Below, piece after piece: positions 51,965-62,160 of a stretch of 64,000 nt of DNA (the first letter of the stretch is position 1; each line of letters begins with the position of its first letter). The notes under the pieces were generated by a model. It did not search any database. It saw nothing but the letters and a program-made list of their open reading frames with translations, and was not told the DNA's origin. The position numbers and the translations under genes were made by a program. The stretch lies in assembly GCA_002938205.1 (NCBI GenBank), contig PTKZ01000008.1:1081-65080 (forward strand), in the 5' to 3' direction. Source of the DNA: Alphaproteobacteria bacterium MarineAlpha5_Bin5. GTDB lineage: Bacteria; Pseudomonadota; Alphaproteobacteria; HIMB59; GCA-002718135.

Positions 51965-54481
51965 ATGTTAAATATTGTTAATAAACTTTTTAGATCGCTG
52001 AGCTCTAATTCTTTAAAAAAATACTCTTCGACAGTTGAAAAAATTAACCAATTTGAAAAAGAAATTTCTTCATTATCTGATGCTGATATTAAAGAAAAAA
52101 CTTCTTATTTTAAGGAAATAATAAATCAGGATAATTCATTAGAAAAAATATTACCTGAAGCATTTGCTGTTGTAAGAGAAGCTGCAAAAAGGACTGTTAA
52201 TATGAGACATTTTGATGTCCAATTAATAGGTGGAATTGTTCTGCATGAGGGTAGAATTGCCGAAATGAAAACTGGGGAAGGAAAAACTATAGTCGCAACT
52301 TTAGCTGCTTATTTAAATTCTCTAGATGGTAAATCTGTCCATATAGTTACTGTAAATGATTATTTAGCAAGAAGAGATGCTGAATGGATGGGTAAAATAT
52401 TCAATTTTCTAGATTTAAGTGTAGGATGCGTCAATTCACAAACAGACCCTAGTTCAAGATCTAAAGAATATGCTTGTGATATTGTTTATGCCACAAACAA
52501 TGAAATAGGATTTGATTATTTAAGAGATAATCTTAAAGCAGACTATCATGATTTATGCTTTAAGAAAGATGCTTTCGCTATAGTTGATGAAGTTGACAGC
52601 ATCCTAATTGATGAAGCAAGAACACCTTTAGTAATTTCAGCAGAAGCATCCAGTTCTATAGAAATTTTTCCAAAAATTAACAAAATTGTAAAATTATTTA
52701 AAGATTCAGATTATGAAATAAGTGAAGAAAGTAAAAGTGTACTACTAACTAATGATGGTATGGAGTTTGCAGAAAAACTTCTAACTGATAATGGCCTTAT
52801 AAAAAAAGGAACATTGCAAGATTTAGAAAATATGGCTCTTAATCATAATATTATTCAAGGTTTACGTGCTCATAAACTTTTCATTAAAGATAAAGATTAC
52901 ATAATTAAAAACAACTCTATTGTAATCATTGATGAATTAAGTGGAAGACCCATGGAGGGAAGAAGATATGGTGATGGGTTGCATCAAGCAATAGAGGCTA
53001 AAGAAGGTCTTAATATTCAAAAGGAAAACCAAACAATAGCTTCTATAACATATCAGAATTTTTTTCGTACATATAAAAAGTTAAGCGGTATGACAGGTAC
53101 AGCTCTGACTGAAGCAACAGAGTTTGAAGGTATATATAATTTAAGAGTTATAGAAATTCCTCCTAATTTAAATGTTAATAGAATTGATAAAAACGACCAA
53201 ATTTATATGACAAAAAAAGAAAAATATGATGCAGTTATTGATCTTGTAAAAGAAAGACATTTAAAAAAACAACCTATCTTGATTGGAACTACTTCTGTAG
53301 AAAATTCTGAATTAATTTCTAAACTACTTTTAAAAAATAGTATTAAGCACAATGTTCTAAATGCTAAACAACATGAAAAGGAGGCTGAAATAATTCTTCA
53401 AGCAGGTATTCCAGGTAATGTCACAATTTCAACTAACATGGCTGGTAGAGGCACAGATATTAAGCTTGGAAACGAAAATGAAAATTTAAAAAAAGAAGCT
53501 ATAAACTCTGGAGGTTTACTTGTTGTTGGAACTGAAAGACATGAAAGTAGAAGAATTGATAATCAATTAAGAGGTCGTTCTGGTAGACAGGGGGATATTG
53601 GTGAAAGTATATTTTTTTTATCTTTAGAAGATGATCTGATGAGAATTTTTGGATCTAAAACTTTAGAAAATGTTCTTGAAAAAATTGGCTTAAAAGAAGG
53701 AGAGGTGATAACGCATTCTTTAATAACCAAATCTCTTGAACGTGCTCAACAAAAAGTAGAAGCTCACAATTATGATATGAGAAAACAAATATTAAAATTC
53801 GATGATATTCTCAATGATCAAAGAAAAATTATTTATCAAAATAGAAAAGAAATATTAATAACTAAAGATCAGTCTAAAATAATTGAAGAAATGATTGAAG
53901 ATAATATTGATAATTTAATAATGCAAACTATTCCTCCAAAAAAATTCAAAGAAGATTGGGATGCTGAATTATTAAATGAAAAAATCAGAGAAATATTTAA
54001 TTTAAAATTACCGATTAAAGAATGGTTCGAAGAGGAAGGGGTTGATGAAGAGGAAATTAAAAAAAGATTATATGATCAAATAAATCAAAAATATAATGAG
54101 CAAAAATATAAATATTCATCTGATTTGTTAAAATTTGCTGAAAAAAGAGTAATGTTATATCAGCTTGATAAAGACTGGAGAGAGCATCTTGCTGCAATGG
54201 ATATGTTAAGAGGAAGTGTTAACCTGAGGGCTATGGGTGGAAAAGACCCTTTCTATGAATATAAAAAAGAATCATTTGACTATTTTGATGAAATGCTTTC
54301 GAATCAAAATGAAAGAGTCCTTAAAACATTATTTAATTTACAACTGGTAAATGAAAACTCTAATTTAAATAAAAAACCTAATGAAAAAGAGCCAAATAGG
54401 ATTGTTGCAAAAAAAATTGGAAGGAATGCAACTTGCCCATGTGGTTCAGGAAAAAAATACAAGTTATGTCATGGAGTTTAA
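51965..54481 (+). CDS. secA: Preprotein translocase ATPase SecA
   Basis: 838 aa. Walker A MKTGEGKT, DEVDSILIDEARTPLVIS, and a C-terminal zinc motif CPCGSGKKYKLCHG. Confidence 0.97.
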   Translation: MLNIVNKLFRSLSSNSLKKYSSTVEKINQFEKEISSLSDADIKEKTSYFKEIINQDNSLEKILPEAFAVVREAAKRTVNMRHFDVQLIGGIVLHEGRIAEMKTGEGKTIVATLAAYLNSLDGKSVHIVTVNDYLARRDAEWMGKIFNFLDLSVGCVNSQTDPSSRSKEYACDIVYATNNEIGFDYLRDNLKADYHDLCFKKDAFAIVDEVDSILIDEARTPLVISAEASSSIEIFPKINKIVKLFKDSDYEISEESKSVLLTNDGMEFAEKLLTDNGLIKKGTLQDLENMALNHNIIQGLRAHKLFIKDKDYIIKNNSIVIIDELSGRPMEGRRYGDGLHQAIEAKEGLNIQKENQTIASITYQNFFRTYKKLSGMTGTALTEATEFEGIYNLRVIEIPPNLNVNRIDKNDQIYMTKKEKYDAVIDLVKERHLKKQPILIGTTSVENSELISKLLLKNSIKHNVLNAKQHEKEAEIILQAGIPGNVTISTNMAGRGTDIKLGNENENLKKEAINSGGLLVVGTERHESRRIDNQLRGRSGRQGDIGESIFFLSLEDDLMRIFGSKTLENVLEKIGLKEGEVITHSLITKSLERAQQKVEAHNYDMRKQILKFDDILNDQRKIIYQNRKEILITKDQSKIIEEMIEDNIDNLIMQTIPPKKFKEDWDAELLNEKIREIFNLKLPIKEWFEEEGVDEEEIKKRLYDQINQKYNEQKYKYSSDLLKFAEKRVMLYQLDKDWREHLAAMDMLRGSVNLRAMGGKDPFYEYKKESFDYFDEMLSNQNERVLKTLFNLQLVNENSNLNKKPNEKEPNRIVAKKIGRNATCPCGSGKKYKLCHGV

Positions 54482-55416
54482 ATATTTGAAGTTATATTCA
54501 AGTATTTTTCTCTTCTTATATTTATTAGCTCTTCAATTGAAATTTTTTTTAATGATTGAAGACTATTTAATATGGATTTTTTTAAAATCAAAGCTTGTTC
54601 TTTAGGAAATCTGTGTGCTCCTCCAGGAATTTCTTCAATTATTTCGTCTATTATTTTAAACTTAAAACAATCCTCAGAAGTTAATTTTAATGTTTCAGCA
54701 GCCTTTTGCGTAAAATCTGTGCTTCTCCATAAAATTGATGCACATCCTTCTGGCGAAATTACTGAATAAATTGCATGTTGAAGCATAAGTGTTTTGTCAG
54801 CAGTTGCCAAACCAATTGCTCCGCCTGATCCACCTTCACCTATTATAATTGAAATAATTGGTGTTTTAACTTTTAGAGAAACTAATATTGAAGATGCTAT
54901 AGATTCAGACTGACCGCGCTCTTCAGCCTCTTTGCCAGGAAATGCACCTGCAGTATCAACAAATGTTATTATGGGAAGATTAAACTTTTCAGCAATTTTC
55001 ATTAATCTTTGAGCTTTTCTGTAACCCTCAGGTTTTGCCATTCCAAAATTATGATTAATTCTTGAATCCATTGAATTTCCTTTTTCAGTTCCTATTATAA
55101 TTAAAGAAAAATCTGATATTTTGGCTAAACAACCAACAATAGCACGGTCATCAGCATATTTTTTATCTCCATGTAAAAAAACAACATCTTCAAAAATTGT
55201 ATTAATATAATCCATAGTATGTGGACGGCTGCTATGTCTTGCAACTTGAACTTTTTGCCATGCAGATAAATTAGAATAAATTGTTTTGTATAACTGTTCT
55301 TTTTCTTGATTCAAAGAATCTATAATCTTTGAATTGTTTGACTTGTTTTGATCTAAAGATTCAAATTTCTTCTCCAATAACTCTAAAGATGATTCAAAAT
55401 CAAAATATTTAATCAT
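54478..55416 (-). CDS. accA: Acetyl-CoA carboxylase carboxyltransferase alpha subunit
   Basis: 312 aa. RPHTMDYI, FVDTAGAFPG and GEGGSGGA motifs. Confidence 0.94.
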   Translation of the reverse strand: MIKYFDFESSLELLEKKFESLDQNKSNNSKIIDSLNQEKEQLYKTIYSNLSAWQKVQVARHSSRPHTMDYINTIFEDVVFLHGDKKYADDRAIVGCLAKISDFSLIIIGTEKGNSMDSRINHNFGMAKPEGYRKAQRLMKIAEKFNLPIITFVDTAGAFPGKEAEERGQSESIASSILVSLKVKTPIISIIIGEGGSGGAIGLATADKTLMLQHAIYSVISPEGCASILWRSTDFTQKAAETLKLTSEDCFKFKIIDEIIEEIPGGAHRFPKEQALILKKSILNSLQSLKKISIEELINIRREKYLNITSNI

Positions 55417-57245
55417 TATAGAATTTTATAATTATATAATATTTCTATAACTAAGGATTTAAATAATACAGAATTATTATATTCTTTAAATGATTGCAAA
55501 ATTAATCTTAAATGATCAGGATGTAAATCACTCCAGTCTTTTCCATTTAATGAAACAAGTGCAAGTAATAAAATACTAAGATTATCATTGTCCTCAATTT
55601 TTTTCTGAATCAAAGATGTAAGAAAGATTGATGGCATTAGTCTTGAATCAAATACCTTGTTATATTCAATTGTCATTTCATAATTTTCATCAATATCAAA
55701 AGATTCTAATATCACATACATTACCTCTTTCTTCTCTTCAGAAATATTGTTATCAAGTTCTATATTGATTTTTAAAAAGTCACTTATTACACTTAATTCA
55801 TTGGATATATATAAATCTAAGAGAAATTTTACTTTGTTTATGTCTTCTTTGTTTTCATTGCTACTTTCATAAAAAACTATCCACTTTAAGGCGTCTTCAT
55901 AATTCATATTATAAATATGTGCTGTTGCTATTTTTGAGCCAAAACTGGAATAATCTAATGATGGGTCTAAAGAAGTAATTATGTTGTTTGTTAAAGCAAA
56001 AGCAATTTTTTCTAGTCCATTAAATTTTGCAAAATCCCAATAATCTAATACTACTTTGATACGTTCAGAAGGAAATATTTGCACATTGGCTAATTGATAA
56101 TAAAAAGCCATCAAAATTTCCTCATTATTTTTGAGAGATGATATAGTTTCTTCTGATTTGTTTAATTCTGCGGAACTAAAATCTACTGATTGATAAAGCG
56201 CTGCCAAACTTTCAATAGATATGCTGTTATTTAAATACGATTTATTAGCTGCCTTCAATCTAGTACTGATTTCAGTAGCTGTACTAAGAATTACTGGTAT
56301 TGATAAATTGTTTGGATCAATCTGGAGAAACTTTTCACTGAGAGGTAACTCACTAATACGCAACATAGCGCTATAAAGAAAAATTAAATTTGCTGAATAA
56401 TTATCTGATAAATTAAAATTAGCATCTTTATAATCATTTTTGTTATTAATCATGTATTCATATAAGTGTTGGAAATATTCATCATTTTCAGTCTCTAACT
56501 CTAATAATAAAGAATTCAATAATTCTGATTCAGCAATTTTGCCTTCAATTAACAAACAAAAAATATCTGTTTTTTCTATTAAAAAATTAGGTAATGATAT
56601 GTTTTTATCAGCGAGGTTTGTTTTTAAATCACATGCTTCACTAAGTTGATAAGTTGATAGCAGATAATTTAACTCTAAAGATTTATAAAATTCTATATGA
56701 GTCTTTTTTTCTAAAGTATCAATTTGGTACAATTGAAGTAAATTATATGCTTTTTGTATTTCACCAATTTTATATAATTTTTTCAAAATACTTAAAAAAA
56801 TTTCACTTTCAATAATATTATCATCGTCACTTTCAAAATTTGATAATATGCTTATAAATTCTTTATACAAAACTTCAGATTTAATAGAATTAATTTTACT
56901 TAGATGCTTAAGAAGTAATGAAGTTTCATTTTCAGGCCACAATTTTTTACTTGTTAAAGATTGTTGATCAACTACATTTGATGATGAAGTGTTTTCAATT
57001 ATTTCATCATTTTCTGATTCAGATTGCTCAGAACTCTCCTGTTTTATCTCTTCATTTTCTTCAATGTTTTCTGTTGAGACTTCATTGCTTTCATTTATTT
57101 CGTTTTTTGCTTCTAAACTATCCACCTCAAGAACAAGTTGATCTAGGCTTTTTTTTGCATGCAATTCAATAATGGTTGTTTCTGTTGAAACTATTGTTTT
57201 TGAATAAAATAATAAAATAATAATGCAGAGAAAATATTTCTTCAT
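55416..57245 (-). CDS. Hypothetical secreted protein with an acidic low-complexity region and a long helical-repeat-like body
   Basis: 609 aa. Signal-peptide-like N-terminus MKKYFLCIIILLFYSKTIVS, then a Glu/Ser/Asn-rich stretch (EINESNEVSTENIEENEEIKQESSEQSESENDE). The rest is Leu/Tyr/Asn-rich and probably helical. TAATG-coupled to accA downstream. No family recognised. Confidence 0.6.
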   Translation of the reverse strand: MKKYFLCIIILLFYSKTIVSTETTIIELHAKKSLDQLVLEVDSLEAKNEINESNEVSTENIEENEEIKQESSEQSESENDEIIENTSSSNVVDQQSLTSKKLWPENETSLLLKHLSKINSIKSEVLYKEFISILSNFESDDDNIIESEIFLSILKKLYKIGEIQKAYNLLQLYQIDTLEKKTHIEFYKSLELNYLLSTYQLSEACDLKTNLADKNISLPNFLIEKTDIFCLLIEGKIAESELLNSLLLELETENDEYFQHLYEYMINNKNDYKDANFNLSDNYSANLIFLYSAMLRISELPLSEKFLQIDPNNLSIPVILSTATEISTRLKAANKSYLNNSISIESLAALYQSVDFSSAELNKSEETISSLKNNEEILMAFYYQLANVQIFPSERIKVVLDYWDFAKFNGLEKIAFALTNNIITSLDPSLDYSSFGSKIATAHIYNMNYEDALKWIVFYESSNENKEDINKVKFLLDLYISNELSVISDFLKINIELDNNISEEKKEVMYVILESFDIDENYEMTIEYNKVFDSRLMPSIFLTSLIQKKIEDNDNLSILLLALVSLNGKDWSDLHPDHLRLILQSFKEYNNSVLFKSLVIEILYNYKIL

Positions 57246-57370
57246 TTTATTATTAAATTGTAGTCTTCTATTAAAAACTTTGCAGGGGCTGGAATATCAA
57301 CAAAATATAGACCAAGAGATAAAAAAACAATTAAAATTAATAAAAATAAAGCAATGTAAGTATTTTTCAT
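57242..57370 (-). CDS. Hypothetical 42-aa single-pass membrane micro-protein
   Basis: Not in the ORF track. Hand translation gives MKNTYIALFLLILIVFLSLGLYFVDIPAPAKFLIEDYNLIIK. Its TGA overlaps the ATG of the 609-aa gene in an ATGA junction at 57242-57245. Confidence 0.4.
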   Translation of the reverse strand: MKNTYIALFLLILIVFLSLGLYFVDIPAPAKFLIEDYNLIIK

Positions 57371-57472
57371 GTATATTCCCTATTAGCAATAATTCTATTA
57401 TAGATTTAATAATTTTTTTTAAGTAATTTCTTAGTGTAATTAAATTTTGTCAATAATAAGAAACTACAATAA

Positions 57473-58009
57473 ATGCTAAAAAATATGCAAAAACTTGGTA
57501 AAAAAAACATATGTTTTGTTGGAATGATGGGTTCTGGTAAATCCGCAATAGGTAAGAAATTTGCAAAAATCATAAATTATAGGTTTTTTGATATTGATAA
57601 GTTAATACAAAATGAAACAGGCAAAACAATAAGTCAAATTTTTGAAATTCAAGGTGAGGATTTTTTTAGAAAATTAGAAGAAAAAATTGCCCTTAAGATT
57701 TTAAAAATAAACAATTCTGTCATTTCTCTAGGTGGTGGTTCAATATTAAATAAATCTATTAGAAATTTAATGGTAAAAAATTCTTTTACAATATATTTAG
57801 AAGTAAACATTGATGTACTTTATCATAGATTGCAAAAAACAAACATTAGACCTTTATTAAAAAATAAAAACATTAAAGAAACATTACAAAACTTACAAAA
57901 AAATAGAAATAAATATTATGAAAAAGCTAATTTAATTTTAAATAATTCAAATAAGATGGAAAACGTATTAAAGGAGTTAAAAGACTATTTTCAAAATTAT
58001 GAGAAATAA
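57473..58009 (+). CDS. aroK: Shikimate kinase
   Basis: 178 aa. Walker A GMMGSGKS and LGGG motifs. Confidence 0.9.
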   Translation: MLKNMQKLGKKNICFVGMMGSGKSAIGKKFAKIINYRFFDIDKLIQNETGKTISQIFEIQGEDFFRKLEEKIALKILKINNSVISLGGGSILNKSIRNLMVKNSFTIYLEVNIDVLYHRLQKTNIRPLLKNKNIKETLQNLQKNRNKYYEKANLILNNSNKMENVLKELKDYFQNYEK

Positions 58010-59066
58010 TATAACTATTAGAACTAAGGAAAAAAATTATTTAATTCAAATTAAGATTAATTCTATAAAAAATAAATTAAAAAAAATAATAAAAAATGAA
58101 GATAAAGTTTTTATTATAATTGACAAAAAGGTTGATCATTTAATTAAAGATTTAAGTGATAAAAAAAATTTATTTATTATAAGATTTGTTGGATCAGAAA
58201 AAATTAAAAATTATATTTTTTTTCAAAAAATTACTGAAAAATTACTTTCAAAAGGAATAGATCGGAAATCTTGTATTATTTCAATTGGAGGAGGAACTAT
58301 TGGTGATATTTCTGGATTTATAGCAAGTACTGTATTGAGGGGAGTAAAATTCATTTTAATACCCACAACTCTACTTTCACAAGTTGACAGCTCTATTGGA
58401 GGTAAAAATGGAATTAATTCAATGTATGGAAAAAATTTAATTGGAACTTTTTATCAACCAAATCTTGTAATAATTGATCCATACGTCTTAATGACTTTAC
58501 CTATAAAAGAACTTAAATCAGGTTATGCTGAAATCATTAAACATGCCTTAATCTATGATTCTAGTTTTTTTAAATGGCTAGAAAGTAATTATAATAAAAT
58601 TTTTAATTTAAATTTTAAAACATTAGAAAAAGCTATCAATAAAAGTATATTAATTAAATCTAAATTTGTGCAAGAAGATACTAAAGAAAAATTAATTAAC
58701 AATGATTCAAGAGCTATATTAAATTTTGGACATACTTTTGGTCATGCTTTAGAAACTTTTTATCAATATAAAAAAAAATTAACACACGGTGAAGCTATAG
58801 CAATTGGCATGATGATAGCTTCAAAAATATCATATAAATTTAATTACTTATCGAAAAATGATTTAATAAAAATTAATAATCATTTTAAAAAAGTTGGCCT
58901 TCCTACATCAGATAAAAACATGTATAATACAGCAATATTTTCTTTAATAAAAAAAGATAAAAAAAATATAGGCAACAATATTAATTTAGTATTATTAAAA
59001 AAAATAGGTAAAGCTAAATTTTCAAGAAATCTTAATATTAAAAAAATAAAAAAAATTATTTATTAA
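57999..59066 (+). CDS. aroB: 3-dehydroquinate synthase
   Basis: 355 aa. GGGTIGDISGF, VDSSIGGKNGIN, and the FGHTFGHALE metal site. Overlaps aroK by 11 nt. Confidence 0.93.
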   Translation: MRNNITIRTKEKNYLIQIKINSIKNKLKKIIKNEDKVFIIIDKKVDHLIKDLSDKKNLFIIRFVGSEKIKNYIFFQKITEKLLSKGIDRKSCIISIGGGTIGDISGFIASTVLRGVKFILIPTTLLSQVDSSIGGKNGINSMYGKNLIGTFYQPNLVIIDPYVLMTLPIKELKSGYAEIIKHALIYDSSFFKWLESNYNKIFNLNFKTLEKAINKSILIKSKFVQEDTKEKLINNDSRAILNFGHTFGHALETFYQYKKKLTHGEAIAIGMMIASKISYKFNYLSKNDLIKINNHFKKVGLPTSDKNMYNTAIFSLIKKDKKNIGNNINLVLLKKIGKAKFSRNLNIKKIKKIIY

Positions 59067-59070
59067 ATTA

Positions 59071-60324
59071 ATGTCTATAATTTCCTTAATACTAATAATA
59101 TTACTTTTCATTTTAATTATTCTCTCAGCTTTTTTATCTGGTTCAGAAACTGCCTTAACAGCTGCATCAAAACCAAGAATTATTGCAAAGGTCAAAAAAG
59201 GAAGTAAAAGAGCGAATTTTGTTTTAAAAATATTAAATAATAAAGATAATGTTATTTCATCACTTTTATTATCAAATAATTTAGTAAACATTTTAGCTTC
59301 ATCACTTGCTACTGCATTCCTTTATGATATTTTTGGTGTTAGTGGAATATTTTATGCAACTATAATCATGACAGCTTTGTTAGTAATTTTTGCGGAAGTT
59401 TTACCTAAAACATATTCAATTAACAGACCAACAAGAACATCCTTGATTATTTCACCCATAATTTATTTTTTAAGTAAGATACTTTATCCTTTTGTTTTTT
59501 TAATTAATTTAATAGTAAAATTATTTATAAAAAAACAAGACTATGATAAAAAACTTTCTGACCTTCAGTCTGAAGAAGAATTACAAGGTGTAATCGACCT
59601 ATATAAAACTTCAAACCCAGATTCTGAGCATGAAAAAGATATGCTGCAAAGTATTTTAAAATTAAATGATACTACTGTTGAAGAAGTTTTTACTCATAGA
59701 AAAAATATCTATTCTATTGATAGCTCTCTAGATATAGTAGATATAATTAATAGTATTAACAGTTCAAGGTACACCAGAATACCTTTTTGGAAAGATAATC
59801 TAGAAAATATTATAGGTTTATTAAATGTAAGATCTCTAAATATTAATTTATCAAAACATGATGGTTCAAAAAAAATAATTTTTGATAAAATTTCAAAACC
59901 TTGGTTTATACCTGAAACTACAAATTTATTAGAACAACTAGTAGAATTTAAAAAAAGAAAAGAACACTTAGCATTTGTAGTTGATGAATATGGTGAGTTG
60001 CTAGGCTTGATCACTTTAGAAGATATAATTGAAGAAATTGTTGGTGAAATAGTTGATGAAATAGATATTCCAGAAAATAATTTTATTGAAAATAATCAAG
60101 GAATGATTGTTACTAATGGTGAAAAAAATCTAAAAGATTTATATAAACATTTTGATTTAGAACCTCCAAAAAGTGAATCTTCAACTTTAGCAGGTCATAT
60201 AATGGATATAGCAAAAAAAATACCATTATTTGGAGAAACTGTTGATGATAAAATTTTTAGTTACAAAGTTTTATCCCATTCAAGAAAACAAATTTCAAAA
60301 ATAGAAATTAGAAAAATTAAATAA
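59071..60324 (+). CDS. HlyC/CorC (CNNM) family transporter: DUF21 membrane domain, CBS pair, CorC_HlyC domain
   Basis: 417 aa. N-terminal TM domain with FLSGSETALTA, a CBS region, and C-terminal LAGHIMD....P..GE. Confidence 0.85.
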   Translation: MSIISLILIILLFILIILSAFLSGSETALTAASKPRIIAKVKKGSKRANFVLKILNNKDNVISSLLLSNNLVNILASSLATAFLYDIFGVSGIFYATIIMTALLVIFAEVLPKTYSINRPTRTSLIISPIIYFLSKILYPFVFLINLIVKLFIKKQDYDKKLSDLQSEEELQGVIDLYKTSNPDSEHEKDMLQSILKLNDTTVEEVFTHRKNIYSIDSSLDIVDIINSINSSRYTRIPFWKDNLENIIGLLNVRSLNINLSKHDGSKKIIFDKISKPWFIPETTNLLEQLVEFKKRKEHLAFVVDEYGELLGLITLEDIIEEIVGEIVDEIDIPENNFIENNQGMIVTNGEKNLKDLYKHFDLEPPKSESSTLAGHIMDIAKKIPLFGETVDDKIFSYKVLSHSRKQISKIEIRKIK

Positions 60325-60571
60325 TTTTAATCTCTAAGGCATGTAGCCCTTGTTTAAATTCATCTTTTAGTAAATTATTAATAAATCTATGAGTTTCTAA
60401 TCTGTTAACTTTTTTATCATAATTTCTTTTTAATATTACTAAAATATGAGTTTCGTCACTACCGTCAAAATTGTTGTGACCTTTATGTTTGTAAGAATTA
60501 TCCTCAACTTCTATAGTAAAATCAACTAGTTTTTTTTTTAAAATTTCATAAATTCTTTTTTTACGTTCCAT
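60317..60571 (-). CDS. bolA: BolA family protein
   Basis: The DNSYKHKGH..........H motif is typical of BolA. I prefer the start MERKKR at 60571 (84 aa). The track start at 60622 would overlap the divergent J-domain gene by 27 nt. Confidence 0.8.
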   Translation of the reverse strand: MERKKRIYEILKKKLVDFTIEVEDNSYKHKGHNNFDGSDETHILVILKRNYDKKVNRLETHRFINNLLKDEFKQGLHALEIKII

Positions 60572-60595
60572 GATATATAATTTATATATCAGAGT

Positions 60596-61186
60596 ATGAA
60601 TAAATTTAAATTTGATATTCAAAAAAAAAACTTATCTTGGGAAAAAAAATTTTCAAAAATATGTGATTTTGTAAATTGCAAAGAAAAAGGTAAGTTTAAG
60701 GCCCCAAAGTCTAGAATTCGTTTGAATGAATATTATTTTTTTTGTTTAAAACACGTAAAGGAATATAATAAATCATGGGATTTTTATAAAGGTTTAACTG
60801 TAGATCAGATAGAAAAATCTATGAGAAATGACACTGTATGGGATCGACCTTCATGGCCATTAAAAGGCAATCCTAACTATGTAATGGAACAATTGCATGA
60901 ATTCATCAATGAAGATTATATGAAATTTGATAGAAAAAATATGAAGAATAATTTTTTCAATTATAAATCAATTAACGAAACTCTTACTAAGGAGCAAACT
61001 AGGGCTTTAAAAATACTTGGTTTAAGCCTCCCCGTCACAATAGAAAAAATTAAAAAAAAATATAAAAAGTTAGTGAAAATATTTCATCCTGATGTAAATG
61101 ATAATAATAAAATAGCGGAAGATAAATTTAAAGAAATAAATGAGTCATATAAGATACTTTTAAAAAAATTCGTTATATCAAAATGA
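60596..61186 (+). CDS. J-domain protein with a Cys/His-containing N-terminal domain
   Basis: 196 aa. C-terminal J-domain with ALKILGL...IKKKYKKLVKIFHPD (HPD motif). The N-terminal half carries CDFVNC...FFCLKH, a possible zinc-binding pattern. Confidence 0.8.
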   Translation: MNKFKFDIQKKNLSWEKKFSKICDFVNCKEKGKFKAPKSRIRLNEYYFFCLKHVKEYNKSWDFYKGLTVDQIEKSMRNDTVWDRPSWPLKGNPNYVMEQLHEFINEDYMKFDRKNMKNNFFNYKSINETLTKEQTRALKILGLSLPVTIEKIKKKYKKLVKIFHPDVNDNNKIAEDKFKEINESYKILLKKFVISK

Positions 61187-62160
61187 AACAAAATATTGAA
61201 CAATCTCCAAACAAAAAAATAGATACAAAAGAATTATTTGGAATAACATCTAATTTTGATGTTTTTGGTTTTGAAGAAAAAAATGATTACGTTCCTGAAA
61301 TTGATCCAACATATATTTTTGATCCTCAAACAACCCAATCAATATTAGCTGGTTTCTCTAATAATCGAAGAGTGTTAATTCAAGGTTATCATGGAACAGG
61401 TAAATCAACACATATAGAACAAGTTGCTGCAAGATTAAATTGGCCTTGCATACGTGTTAATCTTGATAGCCATATTAGTCGGATTGATCTTCTTGGAAAA
61501 GATGCAATTGTTATAAAGGAAGATAAACAAATAACAGAGTTTCAAGATGGAATTTTACCTTGGGCATATTCTAATCCTGTAGCTCTAGTTTTTGATGAAT
61601 ATGATGCAGGTAGACCAGACGTTATGTTTGTGATTCAACGTGTACTTGAAACAGATGGAAGATTGACATTATTAGATCAATCAAGAGTTTTAAAACCAAA
61701 CAAATATTTTCGTCTATTTGCGACTGCTAATACTGTTGGTTTAGGTGATACATCAGGGCTTTATCATGGTACTCAACAAATAAATCAAGGTCAGTTGGAT
61801 AGATGGAATATAATCACTTCTTTAAATTATTTAAGTAATCAGGAAGAAGAAAAAATTATTCTAAGTAAAATAAAAAAATTAAATCACAAAGAAGGAAAAG
61901 AAATTATTAAATCAATGGTTTGTACAGCTGATTTAACAAGATCAGGCTTTATCAATGGAGATATTTCAACTGTAATGAGCCCTCGAACTGTTCTTACTTG
62001 GGCAGAAAATTATTTATTATTTAATGACATTGAATTTACATTTAAATTATCTTTTCTTAACCGATGTGATGAACTTGAAAGATCTGTGATTGAAGAATAT
62101 TTCCAACGTGCTTTTGGTGTTGATATGTCAGATGCTAAGGTAGCGAATGTTAAAGAATGA
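61183..62160 (+). CDS. cobS: CobS-like AAA+ (MoxR-class) ATPase
   Basis: 325 aa. [40 protein letters not shown] is nearly the CobS consensus as I recall it. Walker B is LVFDEYD. Confidence 0.88.
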   Translation: MKQNIEQSPNKKIDTKELFGITSNFDVFGFEEKNDYVPEIDPTYIFDPQTTQSILAGFSNNRRVLIQGYHGTGKSTHIEQVAARLNWPCIRVNLDSHISRIDLLGKDAIVIKEDKQITEFQDGILPWAYSNPVALVFDEYDAGRPDVMFVIQRVLETDGRLTLLDQSRVLKPNKYFRLFATANTVGLGDTSGLYHGTQQINQGQLDRWNIITSLNYLSNQEEEKIILSKIKKLNHKEGKEIIKSMVCTADLTRSGFINGDISTVMSPRTVLTWAENYLLFNDIEFTFKLSFLNRCDELERSVIEEYFQRAFGVDMSDAKVANVKE

